Positions 45,215 through 55,586 of a DNA stretch of 55,769 nt are shown one piece after another; the stretch's first letter is position 1, and every line of letters starts with the position of its first letter. This DNA comes from a virus. Position numbers and translations under genes: made by a program. Location of the stretch: UHGV virus genome UHGV-0212364; one strand, 5' to 3'. The notes under the pieces were generated by a model. That model did no database searches. It saw nothing but the letters and a program-made list of their open reading frames with translations, and was not told where the DNA came from.

Positions 45215-46566
45215 CCTCCGATAGGTAAATATCGCATCAGCCCCGGCACAAACTCCAGCAGCGTAACGCCGTTCATGCCGTTTCGCGCCTTGGCCAGTAT
45301 GCACTCAACCAGCCGCGAACCGTGCGCCGTCATGCGCCGCCATTGCTCGACCATTTCCTGCGGCCTTACATCGTCGGCCTTTTGGGGACTGTACAGCAGC
45401 ATTATCATGTCCGCGTCCTGCTCAATCTGGCCGGATTCGCGGAGCTGGTTAATGGTCGGTCTTTCCGTGCCCTCGCGGTTGAGCTGGCTTAGCACTATAA
45501 GCACAATGTTCTGCTCCACAGCCAGTATCTTGAGTTCCCGACTTATCTTGCCTACTTCCTGATTGCGGTTCTCCATCCTGCCAGACGCGCTGTTGCCGCC
45601 CATTAGCTGTATATAGTCCACAACCGCAAAGTCCAGCCCGCCCCATTTTTCGCGCGCCTTGAGTAGGTCGTTCCTTAGCTGATCTACCGTGCGCACGCGC
45701 TCGCTTATCCATAATCGCTGATTGCCGATGTACCCTACCGCGTCCGCGATTGCGTCCCATTCGTTTTCCGTCAGCGTTTCGGCCTGCCTCAGCCGCATAC
45801 CGTTTATGCCGCCGTAGGCCGCAATCATGCGGTTGGCAAGCTGTGTGTCGCTCATTTCCAGGCTTGCAAACAATCCGGCCTTGCCCGCCTCCAGAAATCT
45901 GCGCGTCAATTCAAGCGCAATCGCCGTTTTGCCCGTGCCCGGACGCGCGCCGATTACAAGTATCTCGCCGCCGGAAAACCCGCCCGTCAGCTTATCCAGC
46001 TCATTAAAGCCCGTCTTCAGCGGCTTTAGCCTGCCCGCCGCCTGTTCCTGCAAGGCACTCATCGCTCTGACTGCTACCGCTAAAACGCTGCCGTCCCGCT
46101 GTTCCTGCGCGGGTTTGGAGTTTTCTGCGATGTTTGCAAGTCTGGTTCGCGCGTCTGTCAGAATCGCGTTCGGGTCTTGCGTCGCGTCCGCGCTCGCATA
46201 AGTAATGTTTCTGCTCAGGATTCTCAACTGCCGCCGCATGTGGCACTGCCGGATAATGTTTACGTACTCGCCAATTTGTGTGGGCGGCGTCCAGTCTCCC
46301 GCCGCGTCAACCGCGTAATCAAGCGCGCCCGCGTCGCCGTTTTTTGAAAGCTGGTCATTGACCGTAACCAGATCAACGCCGCGCCGCGCCGCCCGCAATT
46401 GTTTCATGGCCTTGATTACCGACGCGGCAGGCATGTCGTGGAACATGTCGGGTTCCAGTTCGTCCAGCACGTCCTGCACGCGCGGCTGGGGTTCGACAAG
46501 CAGTATGCCTACCACCCGTTTTTCTGCCGCATGGTCAAAATATGGGCTGTTTGCTTCACCGTTCAC
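45211..46566 (-). CDS. dnaB: Replicative helicase DnaB-like
   Basis: GARPGTGKT, SLEMS, VDYIQLM, LSQLNR, LRESGQIEQDAD, KARNG. Confidence 0.95.
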   Translation of the reverse strand: MNGEANSPYFDHAAEKRVVGILLVEPQPRVQDVLDELEPDMFHDMPAASVIKAMKQLRAARRGVDLVTVNDQLSKNGDAGALDYAVDAAGDWTPPTQIGEYVNIIRQCHMRRQLRILSRNITYASADATQDPNAILTDARTRLANIAENSKPAQEQRDGSVLAVAVRAMSALQEQAAGRLKPLKTGFNELDKLTGGFSGGEILVIGARPGTGKTAIALELTRRFLEAGKAGLFASLEMSDTQLANRMIAAYGGINGMRLRQAETLTENEWDAIADAVGYIGNQRLWISERVRTVDQLRNDLLKAREKWGGLDFAVVDYIQLMGGNSASGRMENRNQEVGKISRELKILAVEQNIVLIVLSQLNREGTERPTINQLRESGQIEQDADMIMLLYSPQKADDVRPQEMVEQWRRMTAHGSRLVECILAKARNGMNGVTLLEFVPGLMRYLPIGG

Positions 46567-46719
46567 TGCGCTTCACCTTGCCGTTTGCATTCTGTGCTGA
46601 TTTTTCCGCGTTTTCGGAATGGTTTTGTGTGCCCCGCCTTGCTTGCGGTAAAATCCTTCACCCGCAAATCTGGATTTCTGTTTTCCTGCGTTTTTGGCAC
46701 GTTTTTTGGTTAAGGGCGA

Positions 46720-47403
46720 TTACCAGCGTATCGTGTAGTTCTCGTATGGGTCGTCCTTGGGCTTCTCGTTAGGCTTTGAAGCGTCCTTGCGCGCCCATGC
46801 GCGTATGGTGGCGAGATGGTTTTTGTACTTTGCGCCCTTACTGGCCATGTATTCGCTTAGTCGCTCAATGCGCTCTTGCCAGTCATCCGGGTACTCTGCC
46901 TTGAGCTTGTCCATGTCCTTGTCGGTCAGCATCACGTTCTTGTACTGTCCGTACTCATGGCGGGAGGATTTGCCCAGAACCGTAGGTTCGGGCACGTCCT
47001 TATCTGGGTTTATATCTGGGTTTATATATGGTATTGGTTCCCCGATTTCCGGAAATCCATTTCCGGTTTTCGATAAATCGATTTCGGGCATTTTGAGTAT
47101 GCAACGTCCCTTTTCCGTCAGCGCGTACCACAACGTCCTGTCCAGCGCCGTCTGGTTGTAATTGCCCGTTATCACAAGCCCTTCGTCAATCAGCCGTTTG
47201 AATGCGCTTTCGACCTGATACCTGCTCATGTACGGGAAAAGCTGCTTATAGGCCTTTTGGCTGTTGAAAGTCCAATAGTGCCCGTCGTGGAAATGAGCGT
47301 GGTTGGCCTCGTTATGCCTAATCCAGAACCCCAGATTTTCGAGCAGGATTGCGGCATGTATGCCGTATTGCGTCGCGATCTCGACGTCAAAAATGTGTTT
47401 CAT
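46720..47403 (-). CDS. Phage replication initiator/replisome organiser
   Basis: wHTH N-terminus (DRTLWY), C-terminal YG.Y.NV.LT...YKNHLATI..W; next to dnaB. Confidence 0.75.
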   Translation of the reverse strand: MKHIFDVEIATQYGIHAAILLENLGFWIRHNEANHAHFHDGHYWTFNSQKAYKQLFPYMSRYQVESAFKRLIDEGLVITGNYNQTALDRTLWYALTEKGRCILKMPEIDLSKTGNGFPEIGEPIPYINPDINPDKDVPEPTVLGKSSRHEYGQYKNVMLTDKDMDKLKAEYPDDWQERIERLSEYMASKGAKYKNHLATIRAWARKDASKPNEKPKDDPYENYTIRW

Positions 47404-47417
47404 AGTCGATTACACCC

Positions 47418-47873
47418 CTAAAACGGCAGGTCAGCCGGGTTAACCGGCTTAAATGTACTTGGGTCAGCCGCGTATTGGCCATCCGTCATTTCCACGCTGT
47501 TTTCGCCCACTGACGGGGCGTAGAATGCGTTTGCGGGGGATGCTATGTATGCCGACGCGCCCGCCACGCCCACATAGTCAGCGGTAATGGTCTCGTAAAT
47601 CTTGCCCTCGACTACCCGCTTGGTGTAAAGCCCGGTCACAAGTACCACGTCGCCCACCTGTATGCTTTTAGCCAGGTCAATCATGGGGTACCAGAAGTCG
47701 CAGTCGATGAAGTACCCCTTCTTGGTCTGGGAATTGTACCCGTGCTGCACGCTTATGACGTACTTTACCTTGTCGCCGCCGTAATCGCGCTTTCTAGGGG
47801 CTATTCTTATTTGCCCGGTCACTATGGCGGCTATCTTCTGGCCGCCATAGTTGTAGTTCACAAGCATTAGCAT
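47418..47873 (-). CDS. Divergent single-stranded DNA-binding protein
   Basis: OB-fold pattern GDVVLVTG, C-terminal DLPF. Confidence 0.7.
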   Translation of the reverse strand: MLMLVNYNYGGQKIAAIVTGQIRIAPRKRDYGGDKVKYVISVQHGYNSQTKKGYFIDCDFWYPMIDLAKSIQVGDVVLVTGLYTKRVVEGKIYETITADYVGVAGASAYIASPANAFYAPSVGENSVEMTDGQYAADPSTFKPVNPADLPF

Positions 47874-49676
47874 TATTCGTGTACCTCGCCGGGCATGTTC
47901 TGCGCGTCGGCATTTTGCTCATTCTGCATTTCTTCGCCGTCGGTTATTGCAAATTCGGCCTCGGCCATGTTGATTTCATTGGCCGCTTCGTCGTCGAATG
48001 TGCCGTGCGCTATCGCGTCTGCCGCCGCCACTGCCGCCGGGATCGCGGTCTGGTAGTCTATGCTCATCAGTCCCCACTTACCGATTAGCTGCCTCAGCAC
48101 GGTTTTAGCGGCCATCGCTTCAAAGTTTTCTCGCCAGCCCTTGCTCATGTTCTGGCCCTTGCGGTTCTTGCGCTCATGGGCTTCTATCTGGCGGCGGCTC
48201 ATGTAGATTATCTTTTCCGTGCCGTTTATCAGGCGATAATATCCGCACCAGCCGATAATCGGCAGTGCCTCGCGCTGTTCCTCATCCTCGATAAACTCCA
48301 GCTCAATGTCTTCTGTCAGTCGGTTAAACTTCTTCAATTCGCCCTCGCGCACATCCACGACGTTGATCTTCTGGTATACACCCGTGCGCATGGCAAGCTG
48401 TAGCAAACCTTTATCACGTCCCCCACGGTTTATCATCCCGTGGGCGTGGACTATCTCTTCTGCCGTTCTGGCAGTTCCGCACTTGGAGCGGTTCTCATCT
48501 CCGCCCTACACCGTTACACTCATCACGGTTAGTCTCTACACGTTCAAGATGGTAGCCATTGTGGAGTGCCTTTGTTTTGCCCTTGATCTGATTGTATATC
48601 GTGCATTTGGTGCAATGTAATGCTTGTGCGCAAGCATTGGCATTTTCAAACATCTGCCCAGTTTCGACTATCCTTACGGCATACTTACCTGTGCCAATAA
48701 AAGCATCGTGCAGCTTCTTTCGCGTACTTTCTAACACTGCATGTCCTTTTGCAGGGCCAGTTAGCTGATGCTTTATAATCTGCTGCTTCTTTTCGCCGGG
48801 CAATTTGTCCCAATATTGACGCACAGAAACACTCGTTCGCCGTCGCTGTTCGTCCGGGATTGCTTTACCTATGGTGTTGTATTCAGGCTGCAATTCGTGA
48901 ATCCAATGCAATTCCCGTTCGCTCAACTTGCTTGCATCGCATTCTTCAAGTACAGTCAGTTCGTATGCACCAATACCATATTCAGCCAGCTCGCGCTTAA
49001 ATAAAGGCGATTTCGTAGTTTGGGAAGCGCGCGGCGTTTTGTGCTCCATGTACCGGCGCTTTATATTAATGGACTTTCCCACGTAGCGATTGCCTGTTTT
49101 AACGTTGGTCAACATATAAATGCCTGTCATTGCAAGTACCTCCAGCGTTATTTGTTCAGCTCCCGCTACCATCTTGCTTCGCACGGTATCACCCTTAATG
49201 TTGATGGGTTTCACCGTTAGCACTTTTTTCAAGTACACCCCCTGCGATACGGGGTTCACGGAATCATTTTTGACCACGCATTCCTGCGTGGTGGGGCAAA
49301 AGATTTACCCCAGCAGGAACGTCGCCTCCATGCGTCCCTGATTGCGGAACGGCACGATATAGGCATATCCAAGGTTAGGTTCAATCGGCAAATCAAAGCT
49401 CGCGGCCTTCAGCGCCGCCTGTATAACCGTGTTAGGCGCAGTCGCAAACGCCTCTTGAAGCTGGGGTGTGGAGTTGCACAGCGTAATCAGCGCGCTTACA
49501 AACTGGGGCGTGCGCTTGCCCAGCAGTTCGTCGAGCCGCTTGCGGTAGCCCTCGCTGTCCAGCAGGCTGTTCATCATCACCGTCATGCTCTGCTTGACCT
49601 GCGGCTGTGCCGCCGCCATATTCTGTCCCTGCGCCGCGCGCGCCATCTGGGTATTCTGTATCCTTGCCATACTCAC
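47873..49676 (-). CDS. recT: RecT recombinase split by an intron (exons 49307-49676 and 47873-48414; 303 aa spliced)
   Basis: LGYAYIVPF; splicing restores FLLG-YKGLLQLAMRTG; MAAKTVLR. Confidence 0.9.
48415..49306 (-). mobile_element. Group I self-splicing intron, 892 nt
   Basis: P1 GGGGU^...GCCCC with U-G at the splice site; R GUAGAGACUA; S AAGAGAUAGUCC; P9 hairpin; terminal G. Confidence 0.9.
48495..49130 (-). CDS. Intron-encoded GIY-YIG homing endonuclease
   Basis: GIY-x10-YVG, R..EH, E, PEYN; SD GGAGGT. Confidence 0.9.
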   Translation of the reverse strand: MTGIYMLTNVKTGNRYVGKSINIKRRYMEHKTPRASQTTKSPLFKRELAEYGIGAYELTVLEECDASKLSERELHWIHELQPEYNTIGKAIPDEQRRRTSVSVRQYWDKLPGEKKQQIIKHQLTGPAKGHAVLESTRKKLHDAFIGTGKYAVRIVETGQMFENANACAQALHCTKCTIYNQIKGKTKALHNGYHLERVETNRDECNGVGRR

Positions 49677-50617
49677 TTAATCTCCTTAATCGCAAACCGC
49701 CTCGAAACGGTTGTCTTATAATAGTCTGCGTCAATCTTGCCGTGATCGGCGATGTACCGCTTTATATCCAGCGTAGACCGTACCGACGGCTTCCAAGATA
49801 CCCTGTAAGCCCCGCAAACGGCCTTAGGCGCGTCCTGCATCTCGCACTGTATGATTTCCTTGTTGCGGTCGCGCTCACGCTCCAGCAGCTTTATTTGAGC
49901 CTCCAGCGCCATGTAATTGCTTATCGCGTCGCCGCACGACAATTGCACTTCGTCGTCGCCCTCATTGACCGCCGGATACATTGCGCTAACCGCCGTTTCG
50001 GTGGGCGCGCGTCCGTCCACGGGCGGCGCTATGCCCTTTTCAAGGTCTGTCCAAAAGGCTTCCTCAGCCTTGATTAGCGCCTGAATCTCGTCTTCGTCGC
50101 GGTCGATCTGGAACACCATAAAGTCAGTGCCGTATACCAGCACCGCCAGATACCACCGCTCCCAGCCCGTTACCGCCATGTAGTGCATACACTGACAGTA
50201 GTATTCGTCCGGGTACTCGCCGTCCTTGAACCGCTTTAGGTATATATCGCGGGTGGTCTTTATCTCCAGGCCGGCGCGTATGCCATTAAGACCCACGCAT
50301 TCGCGGTCAATGTCGGCCAGCATGAACGGGTGCGCCGGGTTCTGAAGCATCTGGTTTCGCCGTCTGACTTTGATTCCCGTCTGATCGGTAAAGCGCTGCG
50401 CGACGTATTCTTCCAGGTCGCGCCCCTGCCGCATGGCCTCCGTATCGTCCTTTTCGGGCAATGCGCCCACCTTGTCGGCGTACACGCTGTAAGGCGTGGC
50501 GTAATGGCTCATGCCCAGTATCGCCGCCGCATCGCTGCCGCCTATGCCCTTTTTGCGCATTTTAAGCCACATTTCGCGCGGCATATCCTTCGTGCTCGCG
50601 AATACTCTTGGCTGCAT
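49673..50617 (-). CDS. YqaJ-like viral exonuclease
   Basis: RKKGIGGSDAAAILG, LEIKT, QCMHYM.VTG. Confidence 0.92.
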   Translation of the reverse strand: MQPRVFASTKDMPREMWLKMRKKGIGGSDAAAILGMSHYATPYSVYADKVGALPEKDDTEAMRQGRDLEEYVAQRFTDQTGIKVRRRNQMLQNPAHPFMLADIDRECVGLNGIRAGLEIKTTRDIYLKRFKDGEYPDEYYCQCMHYMAVTGWERWYLAVLVYGTDFMVFQIDRDEDEIQALIKAEEAFWTDLEKGIAPPVDGRAPTETAVSAMYPAVNEGDDEVQLSCGDAISNYMALEAQIKLLERERDRNKEIIQCEMQDAPKAVCGAYRVSWKPSVRSTLDIKRYIADHGKIDADYYKTTVSRRFAIKEIK

Positions 50618-52057
50618 CACCACACCTCGCCTTCCCAATCCAGCTTATAGCCGTACCTGTCGTTTTCGTGTTTCATCTCAAGCAGCTCGTCGTCGTCTGG
50701 CGCGTCGGAAAACCTGCCGCGTATGAGCTTGAGCTGGAACGCCGCTTCATTGCGCGCTTCCTCCAGTATGCCTGTCAGATCGTCCAGCGCTGCATCCTCC
50801 AGCCCCTCGAACAGCTTTAGCGCGCTGTTGATAAGGTCTGCCGCGTCGGTAAGCACCGCTGCCCTTGTCTCAATGTCGTTGGATTCCTCTCTCACTGTTC
50901 CGACCTCCCTTTGTTGCGCGCATCGTCCTTGCTCCTGTACAAATGCCTATTAAGGGCAATCCTGCGCGTAACCGTCATTGTTCTGGCTTCCATGTCTTCG
51001 TGATGCAGGGCGATATGACGGTCGCATTCCGCTCGAAACGTCTGATAGTCCGCGCATCTGCCGTGACAGCCCGGCTCGCGCCTCTGGCAATGCTGACACG
51101 GCGTTTTCCTGCCGCTTGGGCAGTTGCACCACCCGCTGTCAGCCATCAGTCCACCTCCTGCGCCTCGTACAGCATGGCGGACAGATGCACATAGGCCTTG
51201 ACCTCGCTTACGTACTTCTTTTCCACCGTGTCGTACATGTCAAGCAGGCGGTAATAAAGCCGCCGGTAAAAGTCAACGTCCTTTTTGAGCGCTTCGTTCT
51301 CGCTCTCCAGCGCGTCTATGCGCTGCTTCAGATTGCGGTTATCGGCTATCATGTCCACGCCGGGCTTATACTTTTCGTCATTCGTTATTGCCTGCATCAT
51401 TTGTGTGTACCTCCGTCAGTCGCCGTCAAGCGCTTTCGCTTCGCTGGGGGACAGATTGCGCGGCTCGCACCTGCACAGTGTCCTATACATCTGCCCCCAT
51501 TTGCTCTTTAACCCTTCATACTGGATGTTCAGTTCGGTTAATGCCGGTTAATGCGTTCATCAGCACCCATGCCCGGCCTTGATTAAGTCAGTCAGCTTAC
51601 GAAACGCCGCGGCCAGCTTAAATTCATCATCGACGCTTCCCCGGGGGCTGTAGCATATGCTAGCCATCCGGTCGAGTTCTTCCAACGCATCTTTCAGCCC
51701 AGGGTCATTGATGTTAATCTCGCGCTCATCATACGTAACCTTCGTTGCCTTACAATCGATCACATCGTTGATTTTTATTGACTTAAACGTCACGTCCATT
51801 TTGCCCATATCATCACCTCATCAGCACCCATGCCGCGCCCAGCCACCCTTGTGCGCCTTGCTGGGCTTATCCCCGCCGTGCCGTATTGCGCGCTTGACCT
51901 GATAGGCCTTGCGGCGCGCTTCCACTTCTTCCTTCGTCGCTCTCAGCGTGCGCTCGTTGTCCCGCTTTTCATAGCAGTCGCGGCACAGGTTAAAAAACTC
52001 CGACGCCGCCCAAAAGTACTTCCCGCATTTCGGGCATCTTTTGTATATGTTTCGCAT
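50617..52057 (-). other. Small hypothetical early genes
   Basis: Abutting ORFs 50617-50895, 50892-51146, 51146-51400, 51560-51808, 51821-52057. Confidence 0.5.
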
Positions 52058-52072
52058 GGCTGCTTTGCCTCC

Positions 52073-53026
52073 TTAATCGTCAATCCGTTCTGCGTCTACA
52101 TCTATGCCGGTGATCTGCTTAAATATTTCTTTGTCGAAATTGGGCATCGACATCACAGATTCTTGTTTCTCTTTCGGCAAACTGTGCCACCAGCGATTGA
52201 CGCGTTTGGTCTGCTCCGAAACGCTGTATTCTTTGAGATAGCCGTCCGTTGTCTTCGCGTCCGGACACGCAATTTTTTCGTCTGCGGTCATGTCGGCAAA
52301 ATCGACCCATGCAAGTTCGTTTGGCATTGTGCACAATATCGCGCGCGCGTCGCTCAAAATCCAATCGCGATAAGTCCAATCCGACGGCTTGTCGAAAAGG
52401 CATATTTTTTGTTCAACCGTGTTGAAACAGCCGGTTGAATGATCGGTAGCGTTCCAGTCGCCGGTGTTGTAGTTGCCGGCGTTCCAGTCGCCGGTGTTGT
52501 AGTTGCCGGCGTTCCAGTCGCCGGTGTTGTAGTTGCCGGCGTTGCAGTCGCCGGTGTTGCGGTCACCGTCGTTCCAGTTGCCGGCGTTCCAGTCGCCGGT
52601 GTTGCGGTCACCGTCGTTCCAGTTGCCGGCGTTCCAGTCGCCGGTGTTGTAGTTGCCGGCGTTGCAGTCGCCGGTGTTGTAGTTGCCGGCGTTGCGGTAG
52701 CCGGTGCACGCTTTTCCTATATTAACCATCTCCAGCACCTCGCTCCATGGAATTTCGCGTATTATTTCCAATTTATCCGTAACGCACTTATCGTCTCGCT
52801 CTACCACTCGCCCATACGCAACTACCTCAGCAACGTGGAAATCGGGGTTAAAATCGTAATAATTAAAGCAATCCACCGCTTTCTTGCAAAAGTGTATACC
52901 ACGTGAGCAGATCAACAGCTTAACGTTTTCTTCGAATTTACCCGGACAAGTATACTGTTTGCCTCTGCAAGTCCAATCGGAGTTGAATACCTTATAACCT
53001 TTTACGCCTCCGCTCACTTCGTCCAT
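52073..53026 (-). CDS. Phage pentapeptide-repeat protein
   Basis: GYKVFN.DWTCRG N-terminus; (NxGxx)n repeats encoded at ~52440-52710. Confidence 0.85.
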   Translation of the reverse strand: MDEVSGGVKGYKVFNSDWTCRGKQYTCPGKFEENVKLLICSRGIHFCKKAVDCFNYYDFNPDFHVAEVVAYGRVVERDDKCVTDKLEIIREIPWSEVLEMVNIGKACTGYRNAGNYNTGDCNAGNYNTGDWNAGNWNDGDRNTGDWNAGNWNDGDRNTGDCNAGNYNTGDWNAGNYNTGDWNAGNYNTGDWNATDHSTGCFNTVEQKICLFDKPSDWTYRDWILSDARAILCTMPNELAWVDFADMTADEKIACPDAKTTDGYLKEYSVSEQTKRVNRWWHSLPKEKQESVMSMPNFDKEIFKQITGIDVDAERIDD

Positions 53027-53030
53027 CTCT

Positions 53031-53795
53031 TTAATCCCCTCCCCGGCTAGCCCTAAGCGCACTCAACAGTCCCATCTGCCCCTTACCGGTTATCTTGGTC
53101 GTGCTCACTATCATCTGCCCCTGCACCGTGCTTATTGACCTTTCGTCAACTCTGAACCATCCCATGTCCACGTACTTCTGATACGGCTTCGTGGGCGCGG
53201 TCTGCATCAGGAATCCATTCTCCCTCAGCCACTTGTACAGCCGCTTCTCACCCATCTTAATGCCGTCGTTGTGAAGCAGCTTTGCGAAATCCCTTACCAG
53301 TATCGCGTCGCTGTTGGCCGCTATCGCCGCGCCAAACTCCGTGTAGGGCTTATCCGCCTTTATCTTGGCGTTCAATGCCGCCGTGCGCTCGCGTTCTTCC
53401 TTCAGATCCGTCGCCAGCTTGATGATCGTGTCCGGGTTCAGCAGGATTTCTTCTACCTTCTCCGGCGTCATGTATGCGCCGTGCTTGCGGATGGTGGGGA
53501 TTACGTCGTGCGTTATCCAGCGTTTGAACGCTTTCGCCTCCGGCTTGCGGCTGCCAAGAACCAAAGCGTACAGGCCGGGTTCGTTGACGATGGTCATGTT
53601 CGGGTTCCCTCGATTACCGTCGGTTAAAACTACGGTATTCTTCTCATCATCATCCAACCGCGAAATAGCATCGCGATTATTCTGTATCTCCAACGCCTTG
53701 CACACGTCAACCGCCACGAACCACGGTTCACCGTTGATGGTCGTGGTTCTTATCGTTCCGAATTTCGGGTTCTGAAAAGTCTTGAGTTCGTTCAT
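53031..53795 (-). CDS. Phage antirepressor (BRO-N plus ANT/KilAC)
   Basis: EPWFVAVDVC, SRKPEAK.FKRW, TKITGKGQ. Confidence 0.93.
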   Translation of the reverse strand: MNELKTFQNPKFGTIRTTTINGEPWFVAVDVCKALEIQNNRDAISRLDDDEKNTVVLTDGNRGNPNMTIVNEPGLYALVLGSRKPEAKAFKRWITHDVIPTIRKHGAYMTPEKVEEILLNPDTIIKLATDLKEERERTAALNAKIKADKPYTEFGAAIAANSDAILVRDFAKLLHNDGIKMGEKRLYKWLRENGFLMQTAPTKPYQKYVDMGWFRVDERSISTVQGQMIVSTTKITGKGQMGLLSALRASRGGD

Positions 53796-53811
53796 GGTGT
53801 CCTCCTATTAT

Positions 53812-54048
53812 TTATGATGGGTTTGCGTCAGATTCGGTCTGCTGCGCTGCAAAGCGCTTAAAAATGTAAGTTGGTCGATACTCTGGGAAAAACGTTGACG
53901 CAATCGTCATGGCTTGGTCAAAATCAAATGCGCTTTCGCCGTTGATCTTGTTGGCAACTGTATTGCGATGTACATTAAGCAACGTCGCAATAGAATCAAT
54001 GCTCACCGACTTTGCGGCCATGAGCATCTTTAGATTCGTGTAGACCAT
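53812..54048 (-). CDS. Cro-like HTH regulator
   Basis: IATLLNVHRNTVANKING; divergent from the CI-like gene. Confidence 0.8.
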   Translation of the reverse strand: MVYTNLKMLMAAKSVSIDSIATLLNVHRNTVANKINGESAFDFDQAMTIASTFFPEYRPTYIFKRFAAQQTESDANPS

Positions 54049-54103
54049 GTAGTGCAATGCCTCTTTTCTTACGCAATCGCGTATTTTTCTAGTCCGTGCG
54101 TTC

Positions 54104-54191
54104 ACTATATCACACTTTTGCGTACTTGTCAATAGTTTTTTCTACTTTTGCATACTTTTCTATTTACTTGTACGCAAAAGTGTGGTACAAT
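54104..54191. promoter_or_regulatory. Genetic switch: divergent promoters with repeated operator GTA(C/T)GCAAAAGT
   Basis: Minus TTGACA-17-TATAGT and plus TTTACT-17-TACAAT share spacer GTACGCAAAAGTGTG; third site at 54143-54155. Confidence 0.8.
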
Positions 54192-54214
54192 ATATCGTGA
54201 AGGAGGTAATGCCA

Positions 54215-54694
54215 ATGGGGCTTGGAAGTAAGTTGAAGACTATCTTAGATATGAAAGGAGTGAGAGTTGCTACATTAGCCAATGATTTAGGGCTAAATAA
54301 GACGACACTGTACAGCTTGATTCAGCGTGACAGCGACAAGATGGATATGGATACGCTGGCACGTATTGCTGATTACTTAGGCGTGTCACTGGATTGCTTC
54401 TTTATGCAGACCAACGAGGAAGCGCTTGCCGCTGCAAACGCGATACAAGTATCAGTAAAGATGAACATGGTCGTATCCATATCAGCCGATGAATATAGCA
54501 CGTTGACTAAGCTTCGCACGCTTGATGAGCACGGCAAGAAGCTCGTCAATACCGTCCTTGAGTTGGAATACGAAAGATGTTCGACCGCCGGACAGCTCCC
54601 CGACCACCTGGACAACGGCGAGGTGGATGAACAAATTGCGCAGTCAGAAAAACTGCACAAATCTCTTGACAAATGCGCCCGTTCGGGTGCATAA
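54215..54694 (+). CDS. CI-like XRE repressor
   Basis: N-terminal HTH (RIADYLGVSLD), SD AGGAGGT; no S24 peptidase domain seen. Confidence 0.8.
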   Translation: MGLGSKLKTILDMKGVRVATLANDLGLNKTTLYSLIQRDSDKMDMDTLARIADYLGVSLDCFFMQTNEEALAAANAIQVSVKMNMVVSISADEYSTLTKLRTLDEHGKKLVNTVLELEYERCSTAGQLPDHLDNGEVDEQIAQSEKLHKSLDKCARSGA

Positions 54695-54787
54695 TAAATG
54701 CGTCCCCATTACTGAGGGGGCCCTGTGATAGGTAAGACGGGACGTGTAAAAACGTCCCGTTTTGCTGTATATTTGGGAGGTGCCACC

Positions 54788-55045
54788 ATGTCGCTGAATG
54801 ACATACCGCTTGGAGAAAATAAGGTCACGACCGAAACAAGAAGCTGGAACTACTGGGACGAAATGCGCGTCGAGCGCGAAAAGGCCATAGCTGAGGATCT
54901 CGCCGCCGAAAGCGAGGGTAAAACGTCGTGGCGCGACAGCAAGTACGTACCCACATGGTTAAAGGCTTGCCCCAGTATGATTTACATCAAGTGGCGCTTG
55001 CGCTGCTGGCTTGATGACATTATGGGCGCTGGCGGCGATGACTAA
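54788..55045 (+). CDS. Hypothetical protein
   Basis: SD GGAGGT before MSLND. Confidence 0.55.
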   Translation: MSLNDIPLGENKVTTETRSWNYWDEMRVEREKAIAEDLAAESEGKTSWRDSKYVPTWLKACPSMIYIKWRLRCWLDDIMGAGGDD

Positions 55046-55230
55046 CCATCGTCTCCGTCTGCACGCCTTGCAATTAGCTGAATAAGATTCGCGCCGGGTT
55101 TGGCCGCGCGGTTGATATATACGGCACGCCTCGTAATATCGACTATTGCGCACAGATGGTCAAATTCCGGCGCGTTTATTGTGTCGTAATAACACCCCGC
55201 ATATCTGGGTTTACTGCCGTGGTGCTTCAC
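55042..55230 (-). CDS. Small hypothetical protein
   Basis: SD AAGGAGG before GTG. Confidence 0.45.
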   Translation of the reverse strand: MKHHGSKPRYAGCYYDTINAPEFDHLCAIVDITRRAVYINRAAKPGANLIQLIARRADGDDG

Positions 55231-55340
55231 TTCAAAGCCCTCCTTTCGTTAATTATCGTGTAATATTATATATGCTGTTATGTGACGATGTATTCCAGCG
55301 ATTACTAAATTTATTTTGGAACAGCGGCTTTTTAGCCTTT

Positions 55341-55586
55341 TGGGGACAATTTTGTTTGTGTATAACCTGTTGAAAAGTTGTTGATAGCTCTGCATTTTCT
55401 GTTGAAAAGTTGTGCATGGAATTGGCGCAAACGTTCGTATTTTGGCGTTTTGAATGGGTTTTCGCGCGTTTTTGGCTCAAAATCGTCGAACTAAATGTCA
55501 CTCTATCGAACTAAAAGTCACTCTATTTCGAACTAAACGTCACCTAAATCGAACTAAAAGTCACTCTATTTCGAACTAAACGTCAC
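55341..55586 (+). repeat. Plasmid origin: DnaA-box-like sites plus five iterons
   Basis: TCGAACTAAA(T/A/C)GTCAC at 55486, 55506, 55528, 55549, 55571; TGTGTATAA at 55357-55365. Confidence 0.88.

Noticed and set aside
52440..52710. Regular 15/30-bp repeats resembling a CRISPR array or an AAC-rich DGR template
   Set aside because: They are in-frame coding repeats (NxGxx) with no unique spacers and no similarity to the 8632-8760 variable region
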